A DNA stretch of 64,000 nt from Alkalispirochaeta sp. GTDB taxonomy: Bacteria > Spirochaetota > Spirochaetia > DSM-27196 > Alkalispirochaetaceae. Location: the NCBI GenBank assembly GCA_965242725.1, contig CBDESZ010000020.1, forward strand, positions 1 to 64,000, in the 5' to 3' direction. Each line of letters starts with the position of its first letter. Position 1 is the stretch's first letter. The position numbers were made by a program, and so were the translations under genes. This document shows positions 49,884-59,610 of the stretch, piece after piece. Below the pieces are notes generated by a model. That model made no database searches, had not been told where the DNA came from, and worked only from the letters and a program-made list of their open reading frames with translations.

Positions 49884-50818
49884 ATCGGGTCGTAGAAAAA
49901 CAACGGCTATCGGACGACGTCTTCCGGATGACCTTTGAGGCGCCGTATATCGCCGAGGCGCGTAAGCCGGGACAGTTCATTATCATACAGTTGGATGACA
50001 ACTTCGGTGAGCGAATTCCTCTCACCATTGCCGACGCGGACGCGTCGGCGGGGACGGTGACGATCATTTTTCAGGCCGTCGGAAAGACGACGATCAACCT
50101 CGCCGGCAGGGAGGTGGGAGAGTCGATAGCCAATGTCCTCGGCCCGCTGGGAACGCCGACGGAAATCGAACGGTGGGGAACTGTTGTCTGTGTCGGCGGC
50201 GGAATCGGCGTCGCTCCGCTCCATCCCATCGTCCAGGCGGTGAAGGAAGCGGGCAACAGGGTTATCACCATCATGGGCGCCCGCAACAAGGAGCTGTTGA
50301 TTCTCGAAGATGAAATGAAACGATGGAGCGACGAGGTCATCGTATGCACCGACGACGGCAGCTACGGACGGAAGGATCTCGTGACCGCGCCGTTGAAGGA
50401 GCTTTGCGAAGAGGGCGTTCCCGACAAAGTCTTTGCGATCGGTCCGCCGATCATGATGAAATTCGCCGCGGAAACGACGCGGCCCTATAACGTATCTACC
50501 ATGGTAAGTCTCAACACCATCATGGTTGACGGTACGGGAATGTGCGGTGGGTGCAGAGTGACCGTGGGTGACGAGACGAAGTTCGTCTGTGTGGACGGGC
50601 CGGAATTTGATGGCCACCTTGTGGACTTTGACAACATGATGTCCCGACAGCGGGCCTACCTGGACCAGGAACGACATGCCAAAGAGGCGTGTCGCATCGG
50701 CCTTACTCCGAAGCCTGGCGCGACGTCGGCTGCAAAGACGGCGCCCGCTGATGCGCCGAAGCCCGCTGGAAAAACGGCACCGGTAGAAAAAACAACAACG
50801 GAACGGGGAGGCCGGTAA
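49880..50818 (+). CDS. nfnA: NfnA-like subunit (FAD, [2Fe-2S]) of electron-bifurcating transhydrogenase
   Basis: ERIPLTIAD, GGGIGVAP, MVDGTGMCGGCR, CVDGPEF. Confidence 0.9.
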   Translation: MNRVVEKQRLSDDVFRMTFEAPYIAEARKPGQFIIIQLDDNFGERIPLTIADADASAGTVTIIFQAVGKTTINLAGREVGESIANVLGPLGTPTEIERWGTVVCVGGGIGVAPLHPIVQAVKEAGNRVITIMGARNKELLILEDEMKRWSDEVIVCTDDGSYGRKDLVTAPLKELCEEGVPDKVFAIGPPIMMKFAAETTRPYNVSTMVSLNTIMVDGTGMCGGCRVTVGDETKFVCVDGPEFDGHLVDFDNMMSRQRAYLDQERHAKEACRIGLTPKPGATSAAKTAPADAPKPAGKTAPVEKTTTERGGR

Positions 50819-50819
50819 G

Positions 50820-52331
50820 ATGGAAGGTCATCAAAGTGTTGAAGAACTGAACGCCCAGGCGCATCAGCTGTGGGAAGAGTTTGGTCCCCGGGAGCTCGAC
50901 GGGACGTTGAAGAACAAGGATAGACGACAGATTCCGCAAATGGATATGCCCGCTCAGGATCCCTCCCTTCGACGGTGCAACCAGTCGGAGGTCGCCCTGG
51001 GATATACGATGGAACAGGTGCAGGTTGAAGCGCTGCGCTGCCTGAACTGTCCCACCGCGCCGTGCATCAAGGGTTGCCCCGTATCAATCGATATTCCCAA
51101 GTTTGTCAAGCTTGCCGCCGTGGGGAAATTCCAGGAATCGGTGAACGTCATCAAGGAGTCCAGCCTCCTTCCGGCGATATGCGGTCGCGTCTGTCCCCAG
51201 GAAAGTCAGTGCATGCTTGAATGTACCGTCGGAAAGGCGGCCCGGGATCCCATGCAGTCGGTCGCCATCGGGCGGATTGAACGGTATGTAGCGGACCGGG
51301 AGAGAGAGCAGGGCGCTATAGAAGTTCCCGCAGTTGCATCGGACTCCGGTTTCAAGGTGGGTGTCATCGGTTCCGGTCCCGCCGGACTCACCGCGGCGGC
51401 GGACCTGCGCAAGGCGGGTCACCACGTGGAAATCTTTGAGGCCTTTCACAAACCCGGTGGCGTCATGATATACGGCATCCCCGAATTTCGGCTGCCCAAG
51501 AAAATCGTTGAACAGGAGATTGCCGGTCTGAAACAGATGGGCGTCGTATTTCGGACCAACTTCCTCATCGGCCGGACACGGACGATCGAAGAGCTTCTGG
51601 AAAAGGACGGGTTTGACGCGCTCTTCATCGGAAGCGGGGCGGGCCTTCCCAGATTCATGGAAATTCCCGGAGAAAATCTCGTCGGTGTGTTCAGCGCAAA
51701 TGAATATCTGACCCGGTCAAACCTCATGAAAGCGTACGACAGGGAAAACGTGGATACACCCATTTACAATTCCAGGGTCGTCGCCGTTCTCGGTGGGGGA
51801 AATGTCGCCATGGACGCGGCGCGTATGGCATTGAGACTGGGTGCCGAGGAAGTTCACGTCATCTACCGCCGGACCCGCACCGAGATGCCCGCCCGTGTCG
51901 AAGAGGTGGACCACGCCGAGGAAGAGGGAATCATTTTTCACTTTCTGAGCAATCCCGTGGAAATCCTTGGTGACGAGACCGGTCGCGTCCGGGCAATCAC
52001 GTGCCAGCGGTATGAACTCGGGGAACCGGATGACTCGGGACGTCGCCGGCCGGTCCCGATCGAAAACGATTATTTCGAGATGGATGTGGACACCGTCATT
52101 CCCGCCCTGGGGAATGTCTCCAATCCGCTCATTCGAAAGACCACCGATAATCTCGTGACCAATAAATGGGGAAATATCGAGGTGGATGAGCAGAATCGAA
52201 CGAGTCTCCAACGGGTATATGCCGGGGGCGACATCGTCCTTGGCGCGGCGACGGTCATCCTCGCCATGGGTGAAGGGAGGCGTGCTGCCGCGGCGATCAC
52301 AGCCGATCTCGCAACCGGACGATGGAAATGA
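50820..52331 (+). CDS. nfnB: NfnB-like large subunit (GltD family)
   Basis: RCLNC, CIKGCP, ICGRVCPQESQC, GSGPAG, YGIPEFRLPK, GGGNVAMDAAR; directly follows nfnA. Confidence 0.9.
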   Translation: MEGHQSVEELNAQAHQLWEEFGPRELDGTLKNKDRRQIPQMDMPAQDPSLRRCNQSEVALGYTMEQVQVEALRCLNCPTAPCIKGCPVSIDIPKFVKLAAVGKFQESVNVIKESSLLPAICGRVCPQESQCMLECTVGKAARDPMQSVAIGRIERYVADREREQGAIEVPAVASDSGFKVGVIGSGPAGLTAAADLRKAGHHVEIFEAFHKPGGVMIYGIPEFRLPKKIVEQEIAGLKQMGVVFRTNFLIGRTRTIEELLEKDGFDALFIGSGAGLPRFMEIPGENLVGVFSANEYLTRSNLMKAYDRENVDTPIYNSRVVAVLGGGNVAMDAARMALRLGAEEVHVIYRRTRTEMPARVEEVDHAEEEGIIFHFLSNPVEILGDETGRVRAITCQRYELGEPDDSGRRRPVPIENDYFEMDVDTVIPALGNVSNPLIRKTTDNLVTNKWGNIEVDEQNRTSLQRVYAGGDIVLGAATVILAMGEGRRAAAAITADLATGRWK

Positions 52332-52687
52332 TATCTCAGGATCGCATGGCGATCATCGAAGATCTGAAAAACGATTACTCGGAGAAACGCTGCACCGATG
52401 TGCAGCAGCTCCTCTCGACGATGGCCAATCCGATCCGTTTTCGACTCCTTTGTGCCCTCCGGGGCCGTTCTTTTACCGTGACGGAACTTGTGGAGCTTAC
52501 CGACTCCAACCTTCCCAATGTGAGCCAGCATCTCAAGATGATGTGGATGGGGGGGTATATAAACAAGGAGCGTCACGGGAAGCAGGTCTATTACAACCTC
52601 TCGGACAAAAAGATCATCGACGTTCTGGAAATGGTCGAGCAGGTCTTCCCGGCCGGTTCATATCGTGAGGACGGCGGCTGCGATTGA
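52328..52687 (+). CDS. ArsR/SmtB family regulator
   Basis: MANPIRFRLLCAL, VSQHLK, RHGKQVYY; ATGA overlap with the nfnB stop. Confidence 0.92.
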   Translation: MISQDRMAIIEDLKNDYSEKRCTDVQQLLSTMANPIRFRLLCALRGRSFTVTELVELTDSNLPNVSQHLKMMWMGGYINKERHGKQVYYNLSDKKIIDVLEMVEQVFPAGSYREDGGCD

Positions 52688-52715
52688 CCGGCGGCGCAGT
52701 CGGAAATGCCGCATT

Positions 52716-54182
52716 TCATCGGTGTCGATTTGTCGTCCCATCGGCACCGTCGGGAGCGGACATATATGCGTCCAGTGCCGCTGCGAGCTCCTCGGGGGCA
52801 AGTCCCCAGGTACGACCGAATCGGCGCCAACAAAAGCCGGAAAAGTCGTAAAAGCGATAAAAAGGTGAAATCTCGCGGTCCAGAAGCCGTGCGACGGGAC
52901 CGGGAAAACGGCCGCGATTGACGACGAGTTCCCAGTATTTTGCGAACCTTTTCAGATGTTCAATTTCCGACTCCGTCATGCGGTCCGTCTCGAGGACGTC
53001 GTACGGCGGATCGGCACTGTACCGCATTCGAGCGTCGTGAGCGGCGATCGGTGCACCGGGAAGGCGCTTTAATATCCCCACCTGTATTTCACCGGGACGG
53101 TATCGATAGAGGCGATCAAAACCGGTGGCGAAGCTTTCAAGTGATTCCCCGGGAAGACCGACGATGAGGTCGGCGTGGACGACCGCAGCGGTCTCGTTCG
53201 ACAGGAATGCCATGGTTCTCTCCGTCTCCACGTGGTCGCTCCGTCGTTCTATCGATGCTGCAACTTCTTTGTTGAAGGTCTGAACGCCAACCTCCAGTCG
53301 CAGCGTATCCGGCGGGAATCGGCGTATCACATCCCGCAGCTCCCGGGGAAATCGATCGGGTACCGTCTCAAACTGAACGGTCATTCCCGGTCGTACGCGA
53401 TTCAGCCAGAATTCCAGCACCGCCGCGGCGCGGGAGTAGTCGAGATTGAAGGTCCGGTCGATGAATTTGAATCGCGTCGCCCCGCGGCGTATGAGATGAT
53501 CGCTCATGTCAAAGAGTTGATCCAACGGAGCCGGCCGTATCTTCCGATCCAGGCTGCTCAGGCAGAACTGGCACCGGAAGGGACATCCCCGGCTCGCTTC
53601 GAGGTACATGAACCGCCGCTCAATGTCGTGGTCAGAAAAGAGGTGATGGGGTAACCGCACGGTCGAGAGGTCCGGAGGAGGCGCGTCGACGACCCAGTGT
53701 CCCCGACCGGTTACACGCGCTTCCCGGGGAACCGCTTTTTTCTCCCCGTCTCTTCCCGTCAGCAGCTCGGCGGCGATAGGCGGAAAGACCAGCTCAGCTT
53801 CACCACGGACGACACCGTCGACTCGGCCGAATATGGGGTGTGATACCGGCAGATGTGACGCTTCCGGCCCTCCGAGGATGATAAATGTGTCGGGAAGGTG
53901 GTTGCGGACCGCCTCGAGTACCGGAAGGGTGTCGAGATGGTTCCAGATGTACAGACCGACTGCGAGAATTCGCGGTCGCCGTTTCAGAACTTCTGCGACT
54001 ATATAATCATTCCCGGCGCGACGGGTGACTTCAAGAATATCAACTGAAAAGCCTTCGAGTCCGCCCTGGGACTCCATGTTCGCCCGAAGATACCACAGAC
54101 CCATTGCGGGATGGACGTATCCGGCGTTAATGGTGAAGAGGAGAATATCCGGCCTGGAAGGATCTGCATTCAACGCGTTCAT
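52716..54182 (-). CDS. B12-binding domain radical SAM protein (DUF4080-type)
   Basis: YIWN, LGGPEAS, EASRGCPFRCQFC, FKFIDRTFN, HADLIVGLPGE. Confidence 0.92.
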   Translation of the reverse strand: MNALNADPSRPDILLFTINAGYVHPAMGLWYLRANMESQGGLEGFSVDILEVTRRAGNDYIVAEVLKRRPRILAVGLYIWNHLDTLPVLEAVRNHLPDTFIILGGPEASHLPVSHPIFGRVDGVVRGEAELVFPPIAAELLTGRDGEKKAVPREARVTGRGHWVVDAPPPDLSTVRLPHHLFSDHDIERRFMYLEASRGCPFRCQFCLSSLDRKIRPAPLDQLFDMSDHLIRRGATRFKFIDRTFNLDYSRAAAVLEFWLNRVRPGMTVQFETVPDRFPRELRDVIRRFPPDTLRLEVGVQTFNKEVAASIERRSDHVETERTMAFLSNETAAVVHADLIVGLPGESLESFATGFDRLYRYRPGEIQVGILKRLPGAPIAAHDARMRYSADPPYDVLETDRMTESEIEHLKRFAKYWELVVNRGRFPGPVARLLDREISPFYRFYDFSGFCWRRFGRTWGLAPEELAAALDAYMSAPDGADGTTNRHR

Positions 54183-54250
54183 CACGGCGCGCAAAGTATA
54201 CCCGGCGACAACGGATTGATATACCGTCGACATTTGGTGCATATAGAGGT

Positions 54251-54646
54251 ATGGCACGATTTGCATTTGAACATGTAGCTCTCAACGTTCCCCGGAAAGC
54301 GGAAATGGCCGATTGGTACGTCGCCAATCTCGGTCTCCATATCGTCAGAGAAGTCCCCGGCAGGATGGTATTTCTTGCCGATTCCGAAGGTGTCGTCGTC
54401 ATGGAGTTGTATACCAATCGGGACGCCGCGCAGTTGGAACTGCAAAAGGTGGAGCCCCTTTCGCTGCACATCGCGTTTGAGGTATCCGATCCGGCGACGG
54501 CTGCGGAAGAACTGGTTCGCGCCGGTGCCTCCATTGAAGTTCCTGTGGAGCAGGTCGGGAATGATACGATGGTGATGCTTCGTGATCCCTTTGGATTACC
54601 CCTCCAGCTCGTGCGTCGGGGAGAGAAAATGCGCCGGAATTCCTGA
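54251..54646 (+). CDS. VOC/glyoxalase family protein
   Basis: FEHVALNV, HIAFEV, LRDPFG. Confidence 0.9.
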   Translation: MARFAFEHVALNVPRKAEMADWYVANLGLHIVREVPGRMVFLADSEGVVVMELYTNRDAAQLELQKVEPLSLHIAFEVSDPATAAEELVRAGASIEVPVEQVGNDTMVMLRDPFGLPLQLVRRGEKMRRNS

Positions 54647-54654
54647 ATGTCTTA

Positions 54655-54688
54655 TTGACAATATATTATAAAAACATAATATATAGTA
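54655..54688 (+). promoter_or_regulatory. Promoter with perfect 9-6-9 palindromic operator
   Basis: TTGACA(54655-54660)-16-TAATAT; ATATATTAT-AAAAAC-ATAATATAT (54661-54684). Confidence 0.75.
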
Positions 54689-55201
54689 GTGACACTACAT
54701 GAATTCAACACAATAGCCTCGGATACGGAAAAAGCGACAATAATCGATCTCTGGGCTTCCTGGTGCGGACCATGCAAGATGATGAAGCCTCATTTCGAGG
54801 CGCTGGCCCGGGAATACGGTGACCGTATTCGCGTCCTTGCGGTAAACGTAGAGGAGAGTCCGGAGATTGCAGAAGAGTTGAAGGTCTTCTCCATTCCAAC
54901 CGTCGTTGTCTTTCGTGGCGGCGGGGAAGTAGCACGCCGCAGCGGCGCCCAGTCTGAGGCCGACCTGCGTACCCTCTTTGATGCGGTGGCCGACGAGCGG
55001 GAAATACCGGCAATGAGCGGTAAAGCGCGGCTTGTTCGCATCGTCGGGGCGGTTGTACTCTCGGTCATAGCCGGTCAGGTTCAACCGGGTTGGCCGCTTC
55101 AGATCGCGTCGGCGTTGCTCTTTGTCTCAGCCATACACGATCGCTGTCCGATTATTCAGGCGTTGAAGCGTCCCTTCCTCCGTTCCTCTTCTGAGACATA
55201 G
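54689..55201 (+). CDS. Thioredoxin fused to a C-terminal two-TM DUF2892/YgaP-like domain
   Basis: WCGPC, SIPT; C-terminal hydrophobic hairpin ending HDRCP. Confidence 0.88.
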   Translation: MTLHEFNTIASDTEKATIIDLWASWCGPCKMMKPHFEALAREYGDRIRVLAVNVEESPEIAEELKVFSIPTVVVFRGGGEVARRSGAQSEADLRTLFDAVADEREIPAMSGKARLVRIVGAVVLSVIAGQVQPGWPLQIASALLFVSAIHDRCPIIQALKRPFLRSSSET

Positions 55202-55313
55202 GACCCGCGCGGTTTCCGTCCCTCGTCGGTCCTCCGCCCGAGAAAATTTGACCTTCGCTGAAAATCTTTTTATCGTTAATGTATAGAACCCAAAACGTCG
55301 AAAGGAGGCCAGA

Positions 55314-55622
55314 ATGGCACAACAGCGAAATATTTTCCAGGAAGGAATCTACGCGGGGCTAGGAATTGCTCTTCGGACGAAGGATCGGATTGAAGAGTTT
55401 GCAAAGAAAATCACCAGCGAATATGAAATGAACGAAGAAGAAGGAAAGCGGTTCATGGATGATCTGGTGAAGCAGTCGGAGGAGACGCGGACACGTCTCG
55501 ACGAAATCATCGAGAAACGTATGGAGTCCTACATTAAGGATGCGGGACTATCCACGAAAGCCGACACGGATAAGCTGATGAAAAAAATCAGCGAACTTGA
55601 AAAGAAACTCGATCAGAAATAA
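55314..55622 (+). CDS. Phasin-like small coiled-coil protein
   Basis: IYAGLG, EEGKRFMDDL, KISELEK; AGGAGG SD; precedes the UbiB-family kinase. Confidence 0.8.
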   Translation: MAQQRNIFQEGIYAGLGIALRTKDRIEEFAKKITSEYEMNEEEGKRFMDDLVKQSEETRTRLDEIIEKRMESYIKDAGLSTKADTDKLMKKISELEKKLDQK

Positions 55623-55692
55623 CCGACACACATCAGGCCGTACTTTAAGGATTTGAACCATCATTAAACGCAAGCTTCGCAGAGGCGCGGTT

Positions 55693-57360
55693 GTGTCCCG
55701 GTACAGTGAAATCATCGCTGTGCTGGGTAAGTACGGTTTGGCTGAATTTGTCAGCCATCGACCGCTCCTGCGCCGCATTTCCACACGGCTGACTCGCAGC
55801 GGTGGAAAATACCGGCCTCCCCGGCTGGTCCGCGAGACCTTTGCCCAGCGTCTTCGGCGCGCCCTGGAAGAACTGGGACCCACGTTCATCAAATTCGGAC
55901 AGATTCTGGCGGACCGGGGCGACATCGTTCCCAAAGAGGTTGTCCGGGAGCTGAAACGGCTTCAGGACGAAGTTGCGCCCTTTCCCGCCGACGAGGCGCG
56001 CCGGCTGGTTGAAAAAAACCTTGGAAAACCGATAGATCACCTCTTTCTCCATTTTTATGATGAACCCGAGGGGGCAGCCTCTCTCGCACAGGTGCACCGG
56101 GCAATTCTGCCTACGGGGCAGGCGGTGGCGGTGAAGATCAAGCGTCCGGAAATCGATGATCTGATCTGGGCCGACCTGGAGATCATGCGACAACTGGCAG
56201 GGTTCCTCGACGGGTATACGAGTTACTTCAAGGTCGTTACTGCAACGGAAATCATTGACGAATTCGCGGTTCAGATCGAGAAGGAACTTGATTTCGTCGA
56301 AGAGTTTCTCAGCATCACAAAGTTTTCCGCCGACTATGAGGACGACGAAACCGTCGCCGTGGCGCGTGTTTTCAATGACTATGTGACCAGGGACGTGCTT
56401 GTACAGGAGTTCATGTACGGCAAGAAGGTTTCCGAAGTCATCGAAATGGAGAACACCGGCCGGTACGACAAGAAGGAAATAAACCGACGGACCGCGGACT
56501 TTATCATGTCTCAATTGTTCATCAACGGTTATTTCCATGCCGATCCCCATCCGGGCAACTTCCTCGTGCTGGAAGACAACGTCATCTGTTTTATCGACTT
56601 TGGAATGGTGTACTCCCTGCGCCCCTATGAGCAGGAGAATCTCAATCTCATGATGATCGGCCTTTCACGGCTCGACCCGGCACTGGTGGCACGCTCGCTC
56701 CTGCGGATGGGATACGCCGAGGGTGCCGTCGATGCTGAACGCTTTGAGTCGGTGGTTCACGATTACATTGAAGCCCATCTCGCCCGGCCGTTGGAATACA
56801 TCGATATTCCCGCGGCGCTGATGCAGTTGCTTCAAATGGTCGTCAACTACGGGATCAAACTTCCCCCGCGGCTCATCTATGTGGCAAAGGTGCTGGGGGG
56901 ACTTCAGACTATCGGTGCCGGTCTGGATCCGGAGTTTCAGCTGCTGAAGTATTTGAGGGACTTCTCTCCCCGCATCTGGGCAAATCAGGTTGCCTCGGAC
57001 CGCGCCGGGAACCGCGTCCTCAACGCAGCCCTCAACTGGAATGACGCGTTCCTCGATGCGCCGGTCCTCGTCCAGGACTTGCATCGCCTCCTCCGGGATC
57101 GGCGGTTGGAGATACATGTCCCGGAAGCGGAGTACCTTGCGGAAACATACGACCGGGTAGGCTTTCGCATGACCTTTGGACTCGTGCTTTCGGCGCTGCT
57201 CATGAGTTCAGCCGTCGTCGTTCTGGCAGATATTGAACCCCAGATCAACGGAATACCGATTTTCGGAATCATAGGGTTCGCCGTCGGCGGGGTGATGGGG
57301 CTTGTCTTCCTCTTTATGGGCATGATGAGCTTTTTCAGATGGCACCGCCACCACCGCTAA
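55693..57360 (+). CDS. UbiB/ABC1 atypical kinase family protein
   Basis: LGPTFIKFGQ, AASLAQVHRA, VAVKIKRP, FHADPHPGN, IDFGMV. Confidence 0.95.
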   Translation: MSRYSEIIAVLGKYGLAEFVSHRPLLRRISTRLTRSGGKYRPPRLVRETFAQRLRRALEELGPTFIKFGQILADRGDIVPKEVVRELKRLQDEVAPFPADEARRLVEKNLGKPIDHLFLHFYDEPEGAASLAQVHRAILPTGQAVAVKIKRPEIDDLIWADLEIMRQLAGFLDGYTSYFKVVTATEIIDEFAVQIEKELDFVEEFLSITKFSADYEDDETVAVARVFNDYVTRDVLVQEFMYGKKVSEVIEMENTGRYDKKEINRRTADFIMSQLFINGYFHADPHPGNFLVLEDNVICFIDFGMVYSLRPYEQENLNLMMIGLSRLDPALVARSLLRMGYAEGAVDAERFESVVHDYIEAHLARPLEYIDIPAALMQLLQMVVNYGIKLPPRLIYVAKVLGGLQTIGAGLDPEFQLLKYLRDFSPRIWANQVASDRAGNRVLNAALNWNDAFLDAPVLVQDLHRLLRDRRLEIHVPEAEYLAETYDRVGFRMTFGLVLSALLMSSAVVVLADIEPQINGIPIFGIIGFAVGGVMGLVFLFMGMMSFFRWHRHHR

Positions 57361-57416
57361 ACCTGCGCCGCCGACGGCAACCGGCCTCCGGCAACTGCCG
57401 CCGACCGAAATAGCCG

Positions 57417-58361
57417 TTACATAATGTGCGCTTCCGAAAGGACCGACCGGGCCCACATCCTGGATTCCTCGTCTTCCTTCCAGATCTCGTCGAGAGCGGC
57501 GTGAATCTCCGGCGTCAACCGACCCGTTTCACGGTACGCCATAACGCCTTTCGCGGCGTCCGCGGTGAGGACGGAATATGAGTTCCCGTGTGTTTTCAAC
57601 GCGCTTGACGGAATGGAATCGATAACCTCGTCGTTCCCGTAGGACGCAAGGACTGAAAATATCTTTGACCGTTGCGGGACGAGATCCACGATCGTGCCGG
57701 CCAGCAGGAAGAATCCCACCGTTGCCGTGGCGGCATAGTCGGGCACGTCGGTAACTTCGGGAAAGTACTGCGGCCAGTCTATGGTCTGTTGAATCCTGTT
57801 CTGCCTGTTAATGGGAACGCGAATCATCTCCGCCGGATGGTCCAACGGCGTCTCCCGGCCGTGAAATCCCCAGTGACCATCCATCCCGATTCCCTTGACC
57901 TCGATAACGTGGACTCCCGGGTCATCGAGAGTCGCACGGAGAGATTCACCGTAGTTCTTGAGACGTTCGTCGTCACCGTCGCTCCCGTCGATCTCCAGGG
58001 GGTGTATGTTTTCCGCCGGAGGTGCAGCGTCGCCGAGACGGCGGTACACTTTGTCTTCAAGAAGGTGGCGGAACGTGACGGGAAAACGCGGGTCCGACCG
58101 GGCAATCGGATAGTCGTCAAACTGAAAGAAGTGCGACCTCCGTACAACCCTTGCGAAATCCGCATCATCCCGGCAGTCGGCAATGAAGGCGTCGTACCAC
58201 GCCAGTGCGCTCGGTGCAGCCATGAGCCAGAATACGACATTCTTTCCCTCATCCGCGGCCTCGAGGGCACGGGCCTTCACGATCTTCTGTGCCGCCCGTC
58301 CCATGGACCGTTCGTCGGGGACGACGGTTATGCGAGTTTTTCCTGCATTGAAATTGCTCAT
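57417..58361 (-). CDS. Divergent NagB-like (glucosamine-6-phosphate deaminase/isomerase family) protein
   Basis: LMAAPS, FQFDDY, GIGMDGHWGF, IPSSALKTH. Confidence 0.75.
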   Translation of the reverse strand: MSNFNAGKTRITVVPDERSMGRAAQKIVKARALEAADEGKNVVFWLMAAPSALAWYDAFIADCRDDADFARVVRRSHFFQFDDYPIARSDPRFPVTFRHLLEDKVYRRLGDAAPPAENIHPLEIDGSDGDDERLKNYGESLRATLDDPGVHVIEVKGIGMDGHWGFHGRETPLDHPAEMIRVPINRQNRIQQTIDWPQYFPEVTDVPDYAATATVGFFLLAGTIVDLVPQRSKIFSVLASYGNDEVIDSIPSSALKTHGNSYSVLTADAAKGVMAYRETGRLTPEIHAALDEIWKEDEESRMWARSVLSEAHIM

Positions 58362-58366
58362 AGCAG

Positions 58367-59131
58367 TTATCCCAGATGGCGTACGCGGGGTATATAGCGA
58401 CGTTCGTTTTCCCTGTTTGCCTCATCACCGCCGGGGAGATTTGCACTCATCCACAGGGGCGGTTCCACACCCAGATCAACCAGCTGTTTCACCGTCTCAA
58501 TCATGAGGAGGTTGATCGCAAAGACGTTGCACAGCGTCGCGGTAGGCCCTGTCTTCTGGGGAGAACCTTCAATTTCCACGACGGCGTCTCCGTAGGGAAG
58601 ATGACAGTTAATGAAATGGTCAACTTCCTGATAGAGATTTTTTCCGCTCGGGTGGCGGGAAGGGTGGTCCGCCGGAAGGCGGTCTGCAAACTCCCGGGAC
58701 GTGATTCCGATCGTCGTCATCTCCCGTTCCCGTGCCGACAGCACCGTATCGATAACCATTGAATTGATGCCGTATGCGTTGGCGATCACAATGACTTCTC
58801 CCGGTTCCCTGCCGACACCGTATGCGTTGAGCACACTCTGGGCGTATCCGGGGGTGCGTTCTATGACGTTTGATCGTTTTGCCCCGTGGATGAGGTTGGT
58901 ACCGGCGTCGAGAATGGCGTTAATCGGCGCAAGTCCTCCCGCCCGCCAGAGCACCTCTTCGGCCACCATATTGGAATGGCCCCCCGGGCCGATGACATGC
59001 ACCAGGCGGTCGTCGGCGATCGCCCTCGCGATCGGTTTGGCCGCCAGCTCTATCGATTTCCGTTCCTGCATAATGGCGTCAAACGCCGAGCGTACTGCGC
59101 TGTTGTACTGGTCAAAGTGGTCATGCATCAT
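58367..59131 (-). CDS. SIS domain sugar isomerase family protein
   Basis: GPGGHS, WRAGGL, SRHPSGKNL, WMSANLPGGD. Confidence 0.9.
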   Translation of the reverse strand: MMHDHFDQYNSAVRSAFDAIMQERKSIELAAKPIARAIADDRLVHVIGPGGHSNMVAEEVLWRAGGLAPINAILDAGTNLIHGAKRSNVIERTPGYAQSVLNAYGVGREPGEVIVIANAYGINSMVIDTVLSAREREMTTIGITSREFADRLPADHPSRHPSGKNLYQEVDHFINCHLPYGDAVVEIEGSPQKTGPTATLCNVFAINLLMIETVKQLVDLGVEPPLWMSANLPGGDEANRENERRYIPRVRHLG

Positions 59132-59594
59132 GTACTTCCTTTCGTGTTTTTGCGAGTCGTTCAATGTTGACAAGGAGCATTAGAGCCGCAGCGACGGGAA
59201 GTGCCAGATAGGCGTATCCCGTCGGAAAGTTCCACGTCTCGTAGGATATTCTCATACGGACCGATGTTATTCGCGCCCCGTTTATGATTATCAAGACGAA
59301 AAAGGGCAGGGTGAGCGTATCCATTGCGGAACGAACGATTCTTCGTACCCTGTCACCCATCTTCTGGACGAAGTAATCGACCATCAAATGGTCGTCCCGC
59401 CGATAAAGAATCACCGCCGACATGAGAACCGACCATATAAAGGTCATTCTGATCATTCCCGGTACCCATTGAATGGCGACGCCGCCGAGATTGCGGCTTA
59501 CGATATTTGTGATGGTAAAGACGAAGACGGCGGTAAAGAGAACGCCGCTTACCGTTTCAAGGATCGCCTCCACCCGGTCAAGCAGGTATTTCAT
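59121..59594 (-). CDS. dctQ: TRAP transporter small permease
   Basis: 4 TM helices; FIWSVLMSA, HLMVD, YLALPV. Confidence 0.9.
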   Translation of the reverse strand: MKYLLDRVEAILETVSGVLFTAVFVFTITNIVSRNLGGVAIQWVPGMIRMTFIWSVLMSAVILYRRDDHLMVDYFVQKMGDRVRRIVRSAMDTLTLPFFVLIIINGARITSVRMRISYETWNFPTGYAYLALPVAAALMLLVNIERLAKTRKEVHDA

Positions 59595-59610
59595 TTCGCG
59601 CTTCCCCTCC

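Noticed and set aside
48087..52331. Glutamate synthase annotation for the two GltD-like proteins
   Set aside because: No gltB in the window; context indicates a NuoI fusion and NfnB.
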